NCBI RefSeq assembly: GCF_963921235.1
Contig: NC_086108.1
Location: forward strand, 25,792,001 to 25,856,000
Reading direction: 5' to 3'
DNA from: Mobula hypostoma
Lineage: Eukaryota
Length of the DNA: 64,000 nt
Part shown: positions 1 to 12,696 of the stretch, one piece after another
Numbering within the stretch: position 1 is the stretch's first letter
How the letters are laid out: the number at the start of each line of letters is the position of its first letter
The notes under the pieces: generated by a model
Databases searched by the model: none
The model's input: the letters and a program-made list of their open reading frames with translations, nothing else
Told to the model about the DNA's origin: nothing
Position numbers and translations under genes: made by a program

Positions 1-122
1 AAGGATGAGCAGTGTTGATAAGGTGGAAGGTCATAATATTTTTCCCAGGACAGGGGAGTCTAGAACTAAAGTGAGAGGAGTAAGATTTAAAAGGGGCTTA
101 AAGGTAAACTTTGTTACACAGT
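1..122 (+). mobile_element. CR1 LINE 3' fragment
   Basis: Resembles the CR1 ORF2 C-terminus (VDKVEGHNIFPRTGESRT...RFK). Confidence 0.55.
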
Positions 123-124
123 GG

Positions 125-685
125 CCAGGCTTTTTAATTCAACTTCCCATTCCCACATTGATATATCCATCCACAGCTTCCTGTACTGCCATGTTGAAGC
201 TAGACACAGATTAGAGGAAAAGCACATCATATTCTGCCTTGGTAGTCTCCAATGGAATGAATGTCAATTCTCTAACTTCCGGTAACTACTTCCATCTATT
301 TTCCCCTTTGTTTTCCCCTATCCACTGGCCTCATCACACCTTTTCTTGCTCCCTCCTCCCTTAATCTACACATTATTGACACATTCCTCCCAACAGTTCC
401 CTTCCTTACCCACTTCCATTTATTTCATGGTCCACTGTTAGAATCTATCTTCTTTAGCCTCTTGTCACTTTCACCTATCGCCTCCCAGATTTCTTACATC
501 ACTCTGACTCTCTTCCTCCCCCACTTCCTTCCCTGCCTCACCTGGTTCCACCTATCACCCATCAGTTCTTGCTCCAACTTCCCCAACTTCCCCAACTTTT
601 ATACTGAATTGTACTCACTTTCTTTCCAGTCCTGATAAAGGGTCATGACCTCAAAATATCAACTGTGCATACTCCTCCATCACAG
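125..685 (+). mobile_element. Decayed Penelope-like element 3' fragment
   Basis: ttttaattcaacttcccattccc, then a pyrimidine-rich UTR and agtcctgataaaggg; homologous to the reverse complement of 42609-43200. Confidence 0.75.
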
Positions 686-689
686 AGAT

Positions 690-3012
690 TAGGTTGATAG
701 AGGAACAGGAATGCACACTTAATATTGTAGGGTTTTGATGTGTTAGAAAAGACAGAGAAGGAGCTAAAAGGTTGTTAGGGAGAGTTGTACTATTAACCAA
801 GGACAATATTACAGCTGCACTCAGATGAACATAATGAAGGGATCATCCACTCAGACTATAAGGGTAGAACGCTGATAGAATAATACAACAGACCCTCCCC
901 CCAATAGCCATGGGATATTGAGGAACAGATATACAGACAGATTCGGGAGAAGTATGAAAACAACAAAGTTGTAGTGAGTGATTTCAGCTTCCCTAATATA
1001 GACAGGGATCTCCTTAGTGTGCAGAGGGTTTAGATAGGGCAAAATCTGTTAGTTGCATCCAGGAGGGTTTCTTAAATCAGTATGTAGGTTGCCCAGAAGA
1101 GAAGAGACCATACTGGACCTGATGTTGGATAATGAGCTTGGCCAAGTACTCTCTTTTCAAAGGGAGACCAGACAGGGAGCAATGACCACAACTCCTTAAG
1201 TTTTAAGATAGCGAGAGGTAAGGATAAGAATGGACCTTATGGGAGAGTATTAAATTGGGGCAAAGCAAATTACAGGAGTATTAGGCATGAACTGGGAGAG
1301 TTATTTGGAACAGCTGATTTTGGGCAAGTCCACATCTGACATGTACAGCCAACTGCACAGAGTACTGAAGAGAAATGTTCCTATAAGGAAGAAGGACATG
1401 GATGAGAATGTAAGGGAACTTAGATGTTGCAAGAGGTTATATATTTAATTAAGAAGGGAAAAGAAGCACGTGTAAGGGTTAGCAATTAACAGAGCCCTAG
1501 AAGCTTATAAAGAAGCCAGAAAAGAACTTAAGAGGAAAATTAGCAGAGCCATGAGAGGCCATGAAATGTCTTTGACAAGCAGGATTAAAAAGTATCAGAA
1601 CACATTCTATTTCAACATCAAAAGCAAGAGGATAACGAAGGGGAGGGTAGAACTTCTCAAGGACAAAGGAGGGAGCTTGTGCTTGGAAATGGAAGATATG
1701 AGTGGAGCCCAAAATGAGTACTTTGCATTAATATATATCAGGGAGAAGCGCATAGAAGATAGGATGATCAATGTGGAGCATTCTAATATGCTAGGCATTT
1801 CAAGATAAAGAACCGAGCATTATTGGGTCTCTTAAAGATATTGAGGTAGATAAATCCCAGGGCCCAATGGGAGATTCACCAATTTATTGAGAGAGGCAGG
1901 ATTGAGATTGCTGAGGCCTTGACCGAGATCTTCATGTCCTCTCTAGCCATAGGTAAGGTCCTCCAGCGAGCAGCTAATATTGTTCATTATTGAAGAGGGG
2001 TAAAGGGGATAATCCAGGAAACTATAGACTGATGTGTCCCATGTCAGTGGTAGGGAATATGGTGGAGAGGATTATTAGGATAGGTTTTATAAGCATTTGG
2101 AAAGCAGTGGCTTTAGTTGCAACAGTTAGCGTGGCTTAATACAGAATAAGTCATGCATTACTAATTCGATAGATTTTTTCATGAAGTGACCAAGGTAACA
2201 GATGAAGGTAGAGCTGTAGATGTTGTCTACATGGATGTTTGTAAAATGTTTGACAAGGTCTCTCATGGGATACTTACCGGAAGATTAAGATGCATGGGAT
2301 CCATGGTGAGTAGGAATTTTGATTCAGAATTGGTTTGCCCATAGAAGACAGGAATTAGTGGTTGATGGACTTTTAGGCTGAATATCTGTGACTAATGGTG
2401 TTCTTTAGGAATCTGTATGGTGACACCTGTTATTTATCTGTAAATGAGCTGAACGAAAATGTAGATGGGTTAGTTAGTAAGTTTGCAGATGACACTGAGA
2501 TTGGTGGTACTGTAGATGGCATAGAAGACTCATAAAACATGTAGCAGGAAATAGATCAGTTGCATATGTAGGTGGGGAAACAGCAGATGGAGGTTAACAC
2601 ACCTAAAGATGAAATACTGCATTTGGGAGATTAAACGTAAAGGGATGGTACACTGTTTACGTTAAGCCCTTTAACAATGTTGCTGAGAAGAGGGATCTTG
2701 GAGTCCAAGTCCATAGCTCCCTGAAAGTTGATAGGATGACAAAGGAGGCAAATGCCATGAATGATTTTATTTGTTGAGGAACTGAGTTCAAAAATTGGGA
2801 AGTCATGTTGTAGCTCTATGAAATTATGGTTAGGCTACATCTGGAGTATTATATTCAATTCTGGTCACTGTATTATAGGAAGGATGTGAAAGATAGAAAG
2901 AGTGCAGAGGAAGTTCACCAGGATGCTGCCTGTACTAGAAGGCATGTGCTACAAGAAGAGTTTGGACAAATGGCAGTTGGAATACCAGAGTCTGAGGAGA
3001 GATCTGATAGAG
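690..3012 (+). mobile_element. Decayed CR1 LINE ORF2 (APE endonuclease + RT)
   Basis: Collinear degenerate CR1 motifs: gtgagtgatttcagcttccctaatatagac (GDFN), gatgttgtctacatggat, aagtttgcagatgacact (FADD), and ORF 2826-3029 VRLHLEYYIQFWS. Many stops. Confidence 0.85.
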
Positions 3013-3869
3013 GCAGGGCCTGGGTCTGAGTGCAGAGGATAACCTAGTGCTTGGACAATTTAAACACCAGGTCCAGATGGACTGAAAAGGCTGTGTCTCT
3101 GGACCAGAGGCGAGGGTCGGGGCCCCTTCTGCTCCATGACATTTTACTCCGCTCTCTCCAGCGCTGAGACTGAGCAGGTGATCCATCTCAGCTTGTTCCG
3201 AAGCTCCCCACAATCACACCGGCCTTTTTGGAGAGCATGCACATCATGTAAGTCTGTGATATCCTGTCAAAGGCCTTCTCCAAACTGACCAGACTGGCAT
3301 CCACCTCTTTGCCCTACACGCCAGTGACAGTATCCATGAGCAGCATAAGGCTGTTCAAGAATTTTCTTGCCAGGCACGACACAAATTTTATCCAGGTAGA
3401 TCCCTTGTCCCATTGCAGAATTGATCTAGTTTGTGACAGCCTTAGACAAGATCTTATAATCCACATTCAACAGTGAAATTTTTCCTGTTCTAACTTTCCC
3501 CCCTTCTGCTTGTTGATGTGGGTATAACTAACATCTAGAAACATCATTCAGAATATTGCAAAGTTCAAAGTACATGTATTTTCAAGGTATATATAAATTA
3601 TACAACCTTGAAATTTATTTGCTTCCAGACAACCACTAAACAAGAAACCCAAAATAACACAACTAAAAAAAGACCAACAGCCAATGCGCGGAGAAACAAT
3701 AAAAAGCAAATTGTGCAACAATAAAGCAAACAACAGCATTCAGAAAATGAAATTGAGTCCATAAACCCGAAACCTGCTGCAGCCAGAGTAAGCCCATAGC
3801 CTCAATCTGTTCATCGCACACTGGTGCAAGTCGCCAAGAAGCTTGCAGACACGAAGCCTGGAGCGTAAA

Positions 3870-3991
3870 CACAACATACTCGCAGATGCTGGGGTCAAAG
3901 CAACACTCACAACACGCTGGAGGAACTCAGCAGGTTGGGCAGCATCCGTGGAAACGATCAGTCAACATTTCCGGCTGGAACCCTTAGTCAG
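3870..3991 (-). mobile_element. Short PLE terminal fragment ending in a decayed hammerhead motif
   Basis: gcagatgctgg...gctggaggaactcagcagg...gtcaacatttccggctggaacccttagtcag, homologous to the PLE terminus. Confidence 0.7.
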
Positions 3992-4009
3992 TCAAAAAAG
4001 AAAATAAGA

Positions 4010-6250
4010 ATAATCCTGGGAATTCCAGACAATGTGTCAAACTATTGGAAGGGATTCTTAGAGACAGAATTTATGAGCATTGGAAGAAGCATTGTCTGAT
4101 TGGGGGTAGTCAGCATGGCTTTATGGGGGGCAGGTCATTCCTCACAAGCCTGATTGAATACTTCGAGGAAGTGACAAAACAAAGGCTGTTGGAGTAAATG
4201 GATTTCAGTAAGTCATTTGACAAACTTCCCCATCTAAATTCTAAAAGCCAGGAGGCATGTGATCCAGGAAAGCATAGTTGCATGGATTCAGAATTGGCTT
4301 TCCAACAGCAGACAGAGAGATGGAGAATATTCTGCCTGGATGTCAGTGACTAGTGGTGTTCCAGAAGGATCTGTTCTGCTTCTCCAGCTCTTTGTGATTT
4401 TTATAAATGACTTGGAAGAGGAAGATGAAGGGTTGGTTAGTAAGTTTTTAGAAGCTGCAAAGGTTGATGGATAGTGTAGAAGTTTGTTATTGATTACGCC
4501 GACAGGATACAAAACTGGACTGTGAAGTGGCAGACGGAGTTCAATCCAGAAAAATGAGAAATGATACACTTTAGAAGATTGAATTTGAAGATAGAACACA
4601 GGGTTAAAGACAGGATTCTTAGCAGTGTGGAGGAACACAGTAATTTTGAGGTCCATGTCCATATATCCCTCAAAGCTGCCATGCAGGTTGATAGGATGGC
4701 TAAGAAGGCATATGGCATATAGCTCTTCATTAGTCAGGGGACTGAGTCCAAGTACTGCAAGGTAATGTTGCAGCTCTATAAAACTCTGTTTTGAACACAC
4801 TTGGAATATGTTGTCCATTTGTTGTTGCCTCATTATAGGGAGGATGTGGAAGCTTTAGAGGGAGTGAGGAGGAGATTTACCAGAACGCCTGGATTAGAGA
4901 GCATAGCTTAGAAGGAAACTTCAAGTGAGCTAGAGTTTTTGAGGGAGGATAACAGGTGACTTGATACAGTTACAAAATTATAAGAAGCCTAGATTGAATT
5001 GGCTGCTAAAGACTTTTTCCCAGGCAGAAATGGCTAAAACATGTGGGCATAATTTTAAGGTGACTGGAGAATGTATAAGGGATGCCAGAAGTAGGTTTAT
5101 TACATGGAACAGTCTGTGTGTGGAACACTCTGCCAGGGCTATTGGTTGTGGCAGACCCATTAGAGATACTTCAGAGACTCTGATAGGAATGTGGATGAAA
5201 GATAAGTGGAAGGCTTTGTGGGAAGGAATGGTTAGATTGATCTTAGGCTACGTCCGCACTAGTCCGGATAAATCTGTAACCGAAGGTTTTTCTCTTCGTT
5301 TTGACCCTCTGTCCACACGGAAACAGCGTTTTCCTCCCTCAAAAACTGAGCTTTTCTAAAACACTGTCCAGAGTGTTTAAATCTGAAAATACCGGTTGGC
5401 CGTCGTAGTGTGTACGGGGTAACCGGCTAATTTTAAAAACGCTGTCATGACGTGCCGGAACAAATGGTGGCGGCTGTGCGGCATTTCATTGTTTTCCTGA
5501 ACACAACCTCCAACACCACAACAATATCTGACAATAGATGTGTAACATCCTAATGTAACATTGAATGGAAATACAAGATAACACTGATGCAGACATGTTT
5601 TATACATTTAGCAAGGTGCTTTATTAATGTATTGCTTGTGCAAACATTCAATAGATGCAATCGTCACTCTTGTCCAGTAACTCGTTTTATTGCACATGTT
5701 AAATACAGCAAAATAATACACAAAGACATGGTAAAAGTAAAGGCAAACAAATGAGGTAACAGCAAATTTCACTTTTGCCCAGTAACAAACCTTATTGCAT
5801 TTAGTTGTAGCTGTCGTCCCTTTCATAGGGGAAGAGACTATGTCTGTGGGAAATGCTTCTGGACAAACGCGCACCAAGTCTTTCGTTTGGCAATTTCCTT
5901 CTAAGTTTTTCTAGTCTGTAACTGGACAAACGTGCACCAAATATACCATTTCCTCTTCGCTTGTTTTCTGTGTGCCCTGCGCATGCCCAGTAGGAGGAGA
6001 TTCGCCCAAATATCCGTTCTAATGTGGACTGAGGTATTTTCAAAAACTCCTGGTGTGGATGCCTATCATTTTTATGTAAAACTGGAGTTTTCAAAATTAT
6101 CCGGTGTAGTGTGAATGTAGCCTTAGAGTAGGTTAAAGCATCAGCACAACTTCATGGACAGGAGGAATTGTATTATGCTATACTGCTCTCTGTTCTATGT
6201 TTCATGTTCCCTGTTCTATGTTCTATATTGTATGTTCTGTGTTCTGTTTT
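4010..6250 (+). mobile_element. 5'-truncated decayed CR1 LINE interrupted by a Harbinger MITE; (TGTTCTA)n-like tail
   Basis: ORF 4259-4474 (WIQNWLS...SVTSGVPEGSVL...FINDL). The 3' UTR is split at gatctta|gagtagg; tandem tail at about 6190-6250. Confidence 0.85.
5246..6122. mobile_element. Non-autonomous PIF/Harbinger element (MITE)
   Basis: Terminal inverted repeats (TIRs) GGCTACGTCCGCACTAGTCCGGATAA and TTATCCGGTGTAGTGTGAATGTAGCC; 3-bp TSD TTA at 5243-5245 and 6123-6125, typical of PIF/Harbinger. Confidence 0.85.
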
Positions 6251-6802
6251 CCATGAGTGACCTGAAAACCCTTACTTGTGCTTCACAGTTTCTAATTTAA
6301 ATTACTCAGTGCTAATATGCCTGAAGAGAAATGTCTTTCCATGATAATAATCGCTTCTACTTTCCAAATGATGGGCCAGATTGTCGGGATCTTGTGGAAA
6401 CTCCTCATTTATGAGACTTTTTAGTCATGTTTAGCCCTCAGCTGTCTAACCTCAGATGTAAGTTACTCGATTTGTTTGGGTTTCCTCCAAAACCCTTTAC
6501 ACTCTTCAACTGCTTGATGATGGCTTCTGAAAAGTATTTCCTTTTCAAATGAAACCTGTGTCTTTCACTCTGTGAATGTGGCTCAGGGCTAATAATTAGC
6601 ATGCTTCCTGACAACACTGTGTTCTCTGGTACTTAAATTGGATTCCCAGTAGGTCTCTTGCCAGCCCAAAACATAGTAAACTTTTTGAACTCGGTGCTGT
6701 TAAAAATCCTTTCCTATATGCTTGAAGAAGTCTATTTACTTTTTACAATTACATAATTCACAAAAAGACTGATTTGCTCAGTGCTCGATTTGAATATCCC
6801 TT

Positions 6803-8225
6803 ACAAAATGCTGGAGCAACTCAGCAGGTCACACAGTATCTATGGTAAGCAAAAAACATTCCATGTTCTGGGCTGAGACCCTTCATCAGTACTGCAAAGA
6901 AAGAGATATCTGTAGACAGTTTGAAATATATAATTTATGAACCTACCGACTCTCACAGCTATCTTGATTATAATTATTTCCACTCTTTCACCTGTAAAAA
7001 TGCCATTCTCTTTTCTCAGTTCCTTCATCTCCACCACATCTGTTCCCAGGATGAGTCTTTCCTTTCCAGAACATTAGAAACATCCTCTTTCTTCAGAAGA
7101 ACAGGGTTTCTCTTTTTCCACTATTGATGCCATCCTCACCCGCATCTCCCCCATTTCATGAACATCCGTGTTCACCCCATCTTCCCACCGCCTTGATAGA
7201 ATCCCTCATGTCCTTACTTACCATCCTACGAGTGTCCGCATCCAACACACCATTCTCTGCAAATTCCGCCATCTTCAATGGGACCCTACCAGCAAACATA
7301 TTTTTACCTCCTCCCCCCATTCTCTACTTTCCACAGGATTGCACTCTCCATCATTCCCTTATCCATTTGTCCCTCCCCACTAATTCTCTCCTGGTGTTTA
7401 CCCCTGCAAGTGGAAGAAATGCTACATTTGCCCATTCACATCCTTTCACTTCCATCCAGGAACCCAATCAATCCTTGCAGATGAGGCGAGTTTGTTGGGG
7501 TCATTCTACTGTGTCCGGTGCTCTGCATGTGGCCTCCCTTACATTGCTGAGACCAAACATAGAATGGGGGACCACCTTGTTGATCTCCTTTGCTTCATCT
7601 GCAATAAACAGGATTTCGCAGTGGCCAAGCATTTTAATTCTAATCCCTGTTCCCATTCCGACATGTCAGTTCATGGTGTCATCTATTGTAACAATGAACC
7701 TACTCTCAGGCTGGAGGAATAACACGTCGTATTCATCTGGGTAGCCTCCATCCTGATGACATCAACATCCATTTCAATAATGTCTGGTAATATTCCTCCC
7801 TCCCCCTTGCCTCTCCTTGAATTCCCCACTCTGGCTCTCCTCTGACCTGTTCTCTTCTTCTCACCTGCCCATCACCTCTCCCCTGGTGCCCGACCTTCTT
7901 CCCTTTCTCCCATGATCCAGTCTTCTCTCCAATCAGATTCCTTCTTCCTCGGCCCTTTACATTTTCCACCTATCACCTCGCAGCTTCTTACTTCATCCTC
8001 ACTCCCTCATCCACCTTGCTTCACATCACATCAGGCTTGTTATCCTTCCCCTCACCTGACCTTCTTTTTCTGGCTTCTCCTCCCTCCCTTTCGAGTCCTG
8101 ATGTAGAGTGTCAGCTTGAAATATTGACAGTTTACTCCTTTCCACAGATGCTGCCTGTCCTACTGAGTACCTCCAGCATTTTCTATGTGTTACTCTAGAT
8201 TTCCAGCATCTGCAGAATCTCTTAT
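6803..8225 (+). mobile_element. 5'-truncated Penelope-like element with short inverted terminal segment (6803-6895)
   Basis: Broken ORFs match the PLE C-terminus (YEPTDSHSYLDY, VLTYHPTS, YCVRCSACGLPYIAET = GIY-YIG), followed by the 3' UTR and terminus. An inverted terminus fragment precedes the body. Confidence 0.88.
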
Positions 8226-10403
8226 ATCTCAGTTGGAATACTTGCTTGAAGAGTCTTCTGTTCTCTCCAATTTCTGTTTATTTGAATAATCAAATACCTG
8301 TACAAAATCTGCAGAAGATAGGACAGTGGAAATCCACATGAAGATACAGGCTTTGATTTACTGTCAAATCTATTTCTCTCTCCAGAGATGCTGCCTGACA
8401 TGCTGAGTGTTTCTGATTAATTCTGTTTGAATTTCAGATATCCAGCATCTGCATTTTTCTGAATTGTACATATGCATGTTCTCTTTCTCTAAAACAAGGT
8501 GCTTTCCGCCCCCTCAGGTCAGGTTCCTCTCTTCCATGATGGATAGATCTTGAATCTACTTCTCAGACAAAGTGATACTATCCATCACTTTCATAGCATC
8601 CAAAGAGTGTGCAGAATTATATCGGTTAATTCACCAGATTAATATCTATTGGCCTTGGTTATTTATCCAGAGACATGACTAACTCCCAAAATGCTGGAGG
8701 AACTCAACACATCAGCTACCATCTATGGTGGGAAATTTGGGCTCAGACCTTTCATCGGGGCCCTTCATGTATCTGCAGAATCTCTTGACTCTTAAATCCC
8801 ATTGCTGTAGTTGAGGAATTGCTGTCAAACAAATATGCAAATCTGGAATTAACAGCCAATGTCAATAATGGTAGCTGTGTGACTGCTGAATTGCCATTAA
8901 AATCCATCTTGTTCAGAAGTGCTTCTCAGGAAACAAAATCTGGACGTGTAACTCCTGACTCACTGATGTGGTTGAGTCTTATCTTCCCTCTAAAAGATGC
9001 TGAGCCAGCCATCAGCTGAGGAGAAATTAAAGATGGAGAATAAACTTCAGCCTTGTTCATGATTTCTTGAGAAAAATGGTAAGAACAAAATCGTTTCAAA
9101 CTCATGAGCTTCTATCTTTGACAGGTCTCAGTCTGAAACATTAATTTGTTACTCCCTTCCATTGATGCTGCCTGATCTGCTGTGTTTCCCTAGCATTGTG
9201 TGTGATTGTTCTGGATTTCCAGCATCCGGAGTATCTCTTGTTACTTCTCTTATTACTTATGACATAATCTTGACACTGTGACAAGAAGCTTTTTTTTTGC
9301 CCAAGTCTTGTACTGGTATATAGGTAGTTGTGTTGTACCCTTTTCAATGATAGAAAAAAATTCAGCACACCAGATGGAATCTAGGATAAACTTGCATAAT
9401 TTTAGCGTAACGTCTACTTCTCCATAATCTAAGCATCCTGTGATAAGAGATATGTTCAATTAGACCATAAAAACATAAGTAGAATCAGGAATGGACCATT
9501 CAGCACCGTACTCCAGCTCAGTCACTTTGGCTTTCTTTCCATCTTCTAGCACTAATGTGGGTTCACTGATTCCCTAATGTCTGTCACTGCACAAATTTTT
9601 TGGTGTTCACAATCTCTTCCTTCGCCTCCATGTCTCATCTCCATCTCATTTGCCTTCCCTCTACTTCTCCCCTTCTCTTTTGTCACATCCTCCCCATTCT
9701 TGACTTTCTCTAAACCCAGCCATACTACCTTCTCCTTCCTTACCTCCATCCATTCTTTTTCCCCTCTTAACCCTTCCATTGTTACCTGACATCCGTTCTT
9801 CTCTACATCCCGAGTTGTATTTAATTTCTTTCTATATTTATGCCTCCAGATACTCATACAGTAGTTCAACATTGCACTGTTTTCACAGAATTTATTGATG
9901 TGTATTGTTTCCTCTCTCCCTATCTTTCTCTTTCTCTCTCATCTCTCAGAATCAGAGTGTAAGCCATTCATTACAACAACTTGGATGTAACAGTGAACTA
10001 AATTATTCTTTTTAGAGAGCTGCCTGACCTTCTGAATGCTTCTGGCACCGTCTGTTGCACTCCCTTTGAAGTAAACATTGAATTGAAGAATAGTGACTTG
10101 GTTTGAGATTGGAAGTGTACAAGTTCATGTACAGTTGCTTCAAGGTACAAAGCAAGTAGCATCAAGCACAAAAATTGCTTGGATAACTCAGTACACCAGG
10201 CAGAACTGGTGGAAAGAGAAACAGCCACTATTTCAGGTCCACAGACATACTGTATATCAGAAACAAGCAGTATATTACCATTCCCTCATAACCCCACTTC
10301 CTTTCTCTTTCTGGCTGACCTACTGAGCATTCGTCCTCCCAATATGCATTTCAAAATACTTATTTTGGATTAAAATTCCAGTTTAGCATTGTACTAACAT
10401 TTA

Positions 10404-10908
10404 CAGTATTGTGCAAAAGTCTTAGGCATACACAGTATACTTAGGATGCCTAAGACTTCTGCACACTACTGCATTTGTCAACATACAGAGCCAGCTTGTA
10501 AATCTGGTGGGAGCAAAGGAGTAGGGAATAGTGGGAGTGGAGTGCCATGGGAGGGGTTGGAACAGGTGGCAGGGAAGGAATGCCAGGGTTAAGGCAGGGC
10601 AGGGGTGCAGACACACGCAGCCTTAAGGCACCAGGTAAGGTCATTTGATTCCAAACAATTGGTTTATTGATCATTACAGAGTCTCTTTGGTGCTTCCTGC
10701 TCACTCCCTTATCCCTTCCCCCTTTCCCAACCACGATTCCCTTCTCCCTCCCTGCTCCCTTCCCATTCTCAGTCCACAATAGAGACCCATATCAGAATTA
10801 GGTTTATCATCACTCACATATGTCATGAAATTTGTTTTGTGGCAGCAGAACGGTTCAGTACATAAAATTACTACAGTATGGTGCAGAAGTCTTCGGCACC
10901 CTAGCTAT
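10404..10908. mobile_element. Non-autonomous Tc1-type element with hairpin termini (copy 1)
   Basis: TA+CAGTATTGTGCAAAAGTCTTAGGCA (10404-10428), its inverse at 10447-10471 and a third TIR copy at 10874-10899. Homologous copies lie at about 49410-51634 and 61150-62365. Confidence 0.7.
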
Positions 10909-11970
10909 GGTGTTTTAATTTCAGCCCTTAACTATTTTCTTTTAGCTATGTCATATTTCAACAAAGGGTTGGCTAAAACCTCAAGAAGCTGCAGAGAGTT
11001 CTAGACACAGATTGGCGCATAACGAACCCAGCCAACCCTCTATGGGTTCTTTCTATACTTGTTGCTGCCTCAGAAAAGCAGCTAACATAATCAACAATCC
11101 CTTCTACCCCAGGCAATCTCTCCTCTCTACCCTCCCATTAACACAAAAGAGTCTTTTTCTGTTCATCAGGGTCAAAAAGAGCAAAATTAAATCCACTGAT
11201 TCGATGTTGTAAAACAATAAAACATGAAAACTTTTGGGCGGGGGGGGAGAATACTTTTATAGGCATTGTAGTTCTGAACAACTGCATTAAAGTTAAAGCC
11301 AGCAATCACCACTACCTCCTGATCTCATAATGGCTCAACAGTCTTTGCAATACCATGACAGATGTTGTGACATCCAGGAATATCCAGTTTTAATGTAATC
11401 TTGGTGGAATTTGTAGATGCCAAATAGATTGTATTGCATGATTGTACTGCAGATACAGTGAATGGTTGGACCATGGGATGGCATCCCAACCATTGTATTG
11501 AAAATCAGTACTGAGAAGCAACGGCCAGATACACTTTTTACCACTCCCTCTAATCAAGCAATTTTTGTTGCTCTCTATCTGATACAGTACAAAATTGCCT
11601 AATTATGTTCTGTATACAAAAGAGTTTAATTTGCATTCTATCAGCCTACACACGTTGCAAGAGATGAAAGTAGTCTTCAATTATTCTTTAAAGTCGCATT
11701 AATATGTCAAGTGTACACTGACAGTTCAAGTTCTGTTAAAACTATTTTAATTCTAGATGTCATGAAAGCCTTGATTTTACCTCATGCAAGTGCTCATAGA
11801 AGGGAAACAGTGAGAACCGCGGCAACTTATCAATTTTCAATATCAAGGTAGTATTCCATAGAACCATAGAACCATAGAAACTACAGCACAGAAACAGGCC
11901 CTTTGGCCCTTCTTGGCTGTGCCGAACCATTTTCTGCCGAGTCCCACTGACCTGCACACGGACCATATCC

Positions 11971-12696
11971 ATATAACAGAAGGAGAGAGCTGTCAAGTGC
12001 GGATCCCCCTTTGAACCCTGAACTGTTTGAAGTGATGGACAGGCGATACCCCAGCAGGGGGATAAAAAGGGATGGGTTCGCTAAGGCAGGACACACACAC
12101 ACGACACCCCAGGTAACAAGACCCTGGAGGCGGTGCGTCTCTCACAAGTCGGTGGGAAGTACCGGGCCATAAACACACAGGGTGGAAAGGCACGATCGGC
12201 GGGAACCTGGTGTGTGTCCACCCTTGCCTGGGTGCCAGGTTCAGCGCAGGGAAACGATCGTATCTGGAAACGGAGGGGTCACGGTCGGTGACCTCAGATG
12301 ACATCACAAAGGACTCGCCCGAAAGCTGACTGCGAAGGTCTGTGTGGAAGCCTTGAATATCCATTCGTTTTTGCTCTCTCTCTCCTTCCCCCACACTGTC
12401 CATCTCCCACGGCAGCGATTACTGCGAACTGAACTGAACTAAATTGAACTGAACTTTGCGTCACTTTGAAGCTGGTCATTTACCCCTAGACAACGATAGA
12501 GCTTGATTGATCCTGTTATCTTAATTCTGTGTGCATGTATGTTTATCATTGCTGAACTGTTGCATTCATTATCCTTTTGATTAGAGTACTGTGTTGCTTG
12601 TTTCTTTAATAAAACTTTCTTAGTTCTAGTAATCCAGACTCCAACTGAGTGATCCATTTCTGCTGGTTTGGCAACCCAGTTACGGGGTACGTAACA
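11971..12696 (+). mobile_element. 5'-truncated solo LTR inserted in the CR1 3' region
   Basis: Non-CR1 sequence ending in ...GTAACA (TGTTAC on the other strand), TATA-like ATAAAAAG at 12062, AATAAA at 12608-12613. It interrupts CR1 after IEVYKIMMG. Confidence 0.7.
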
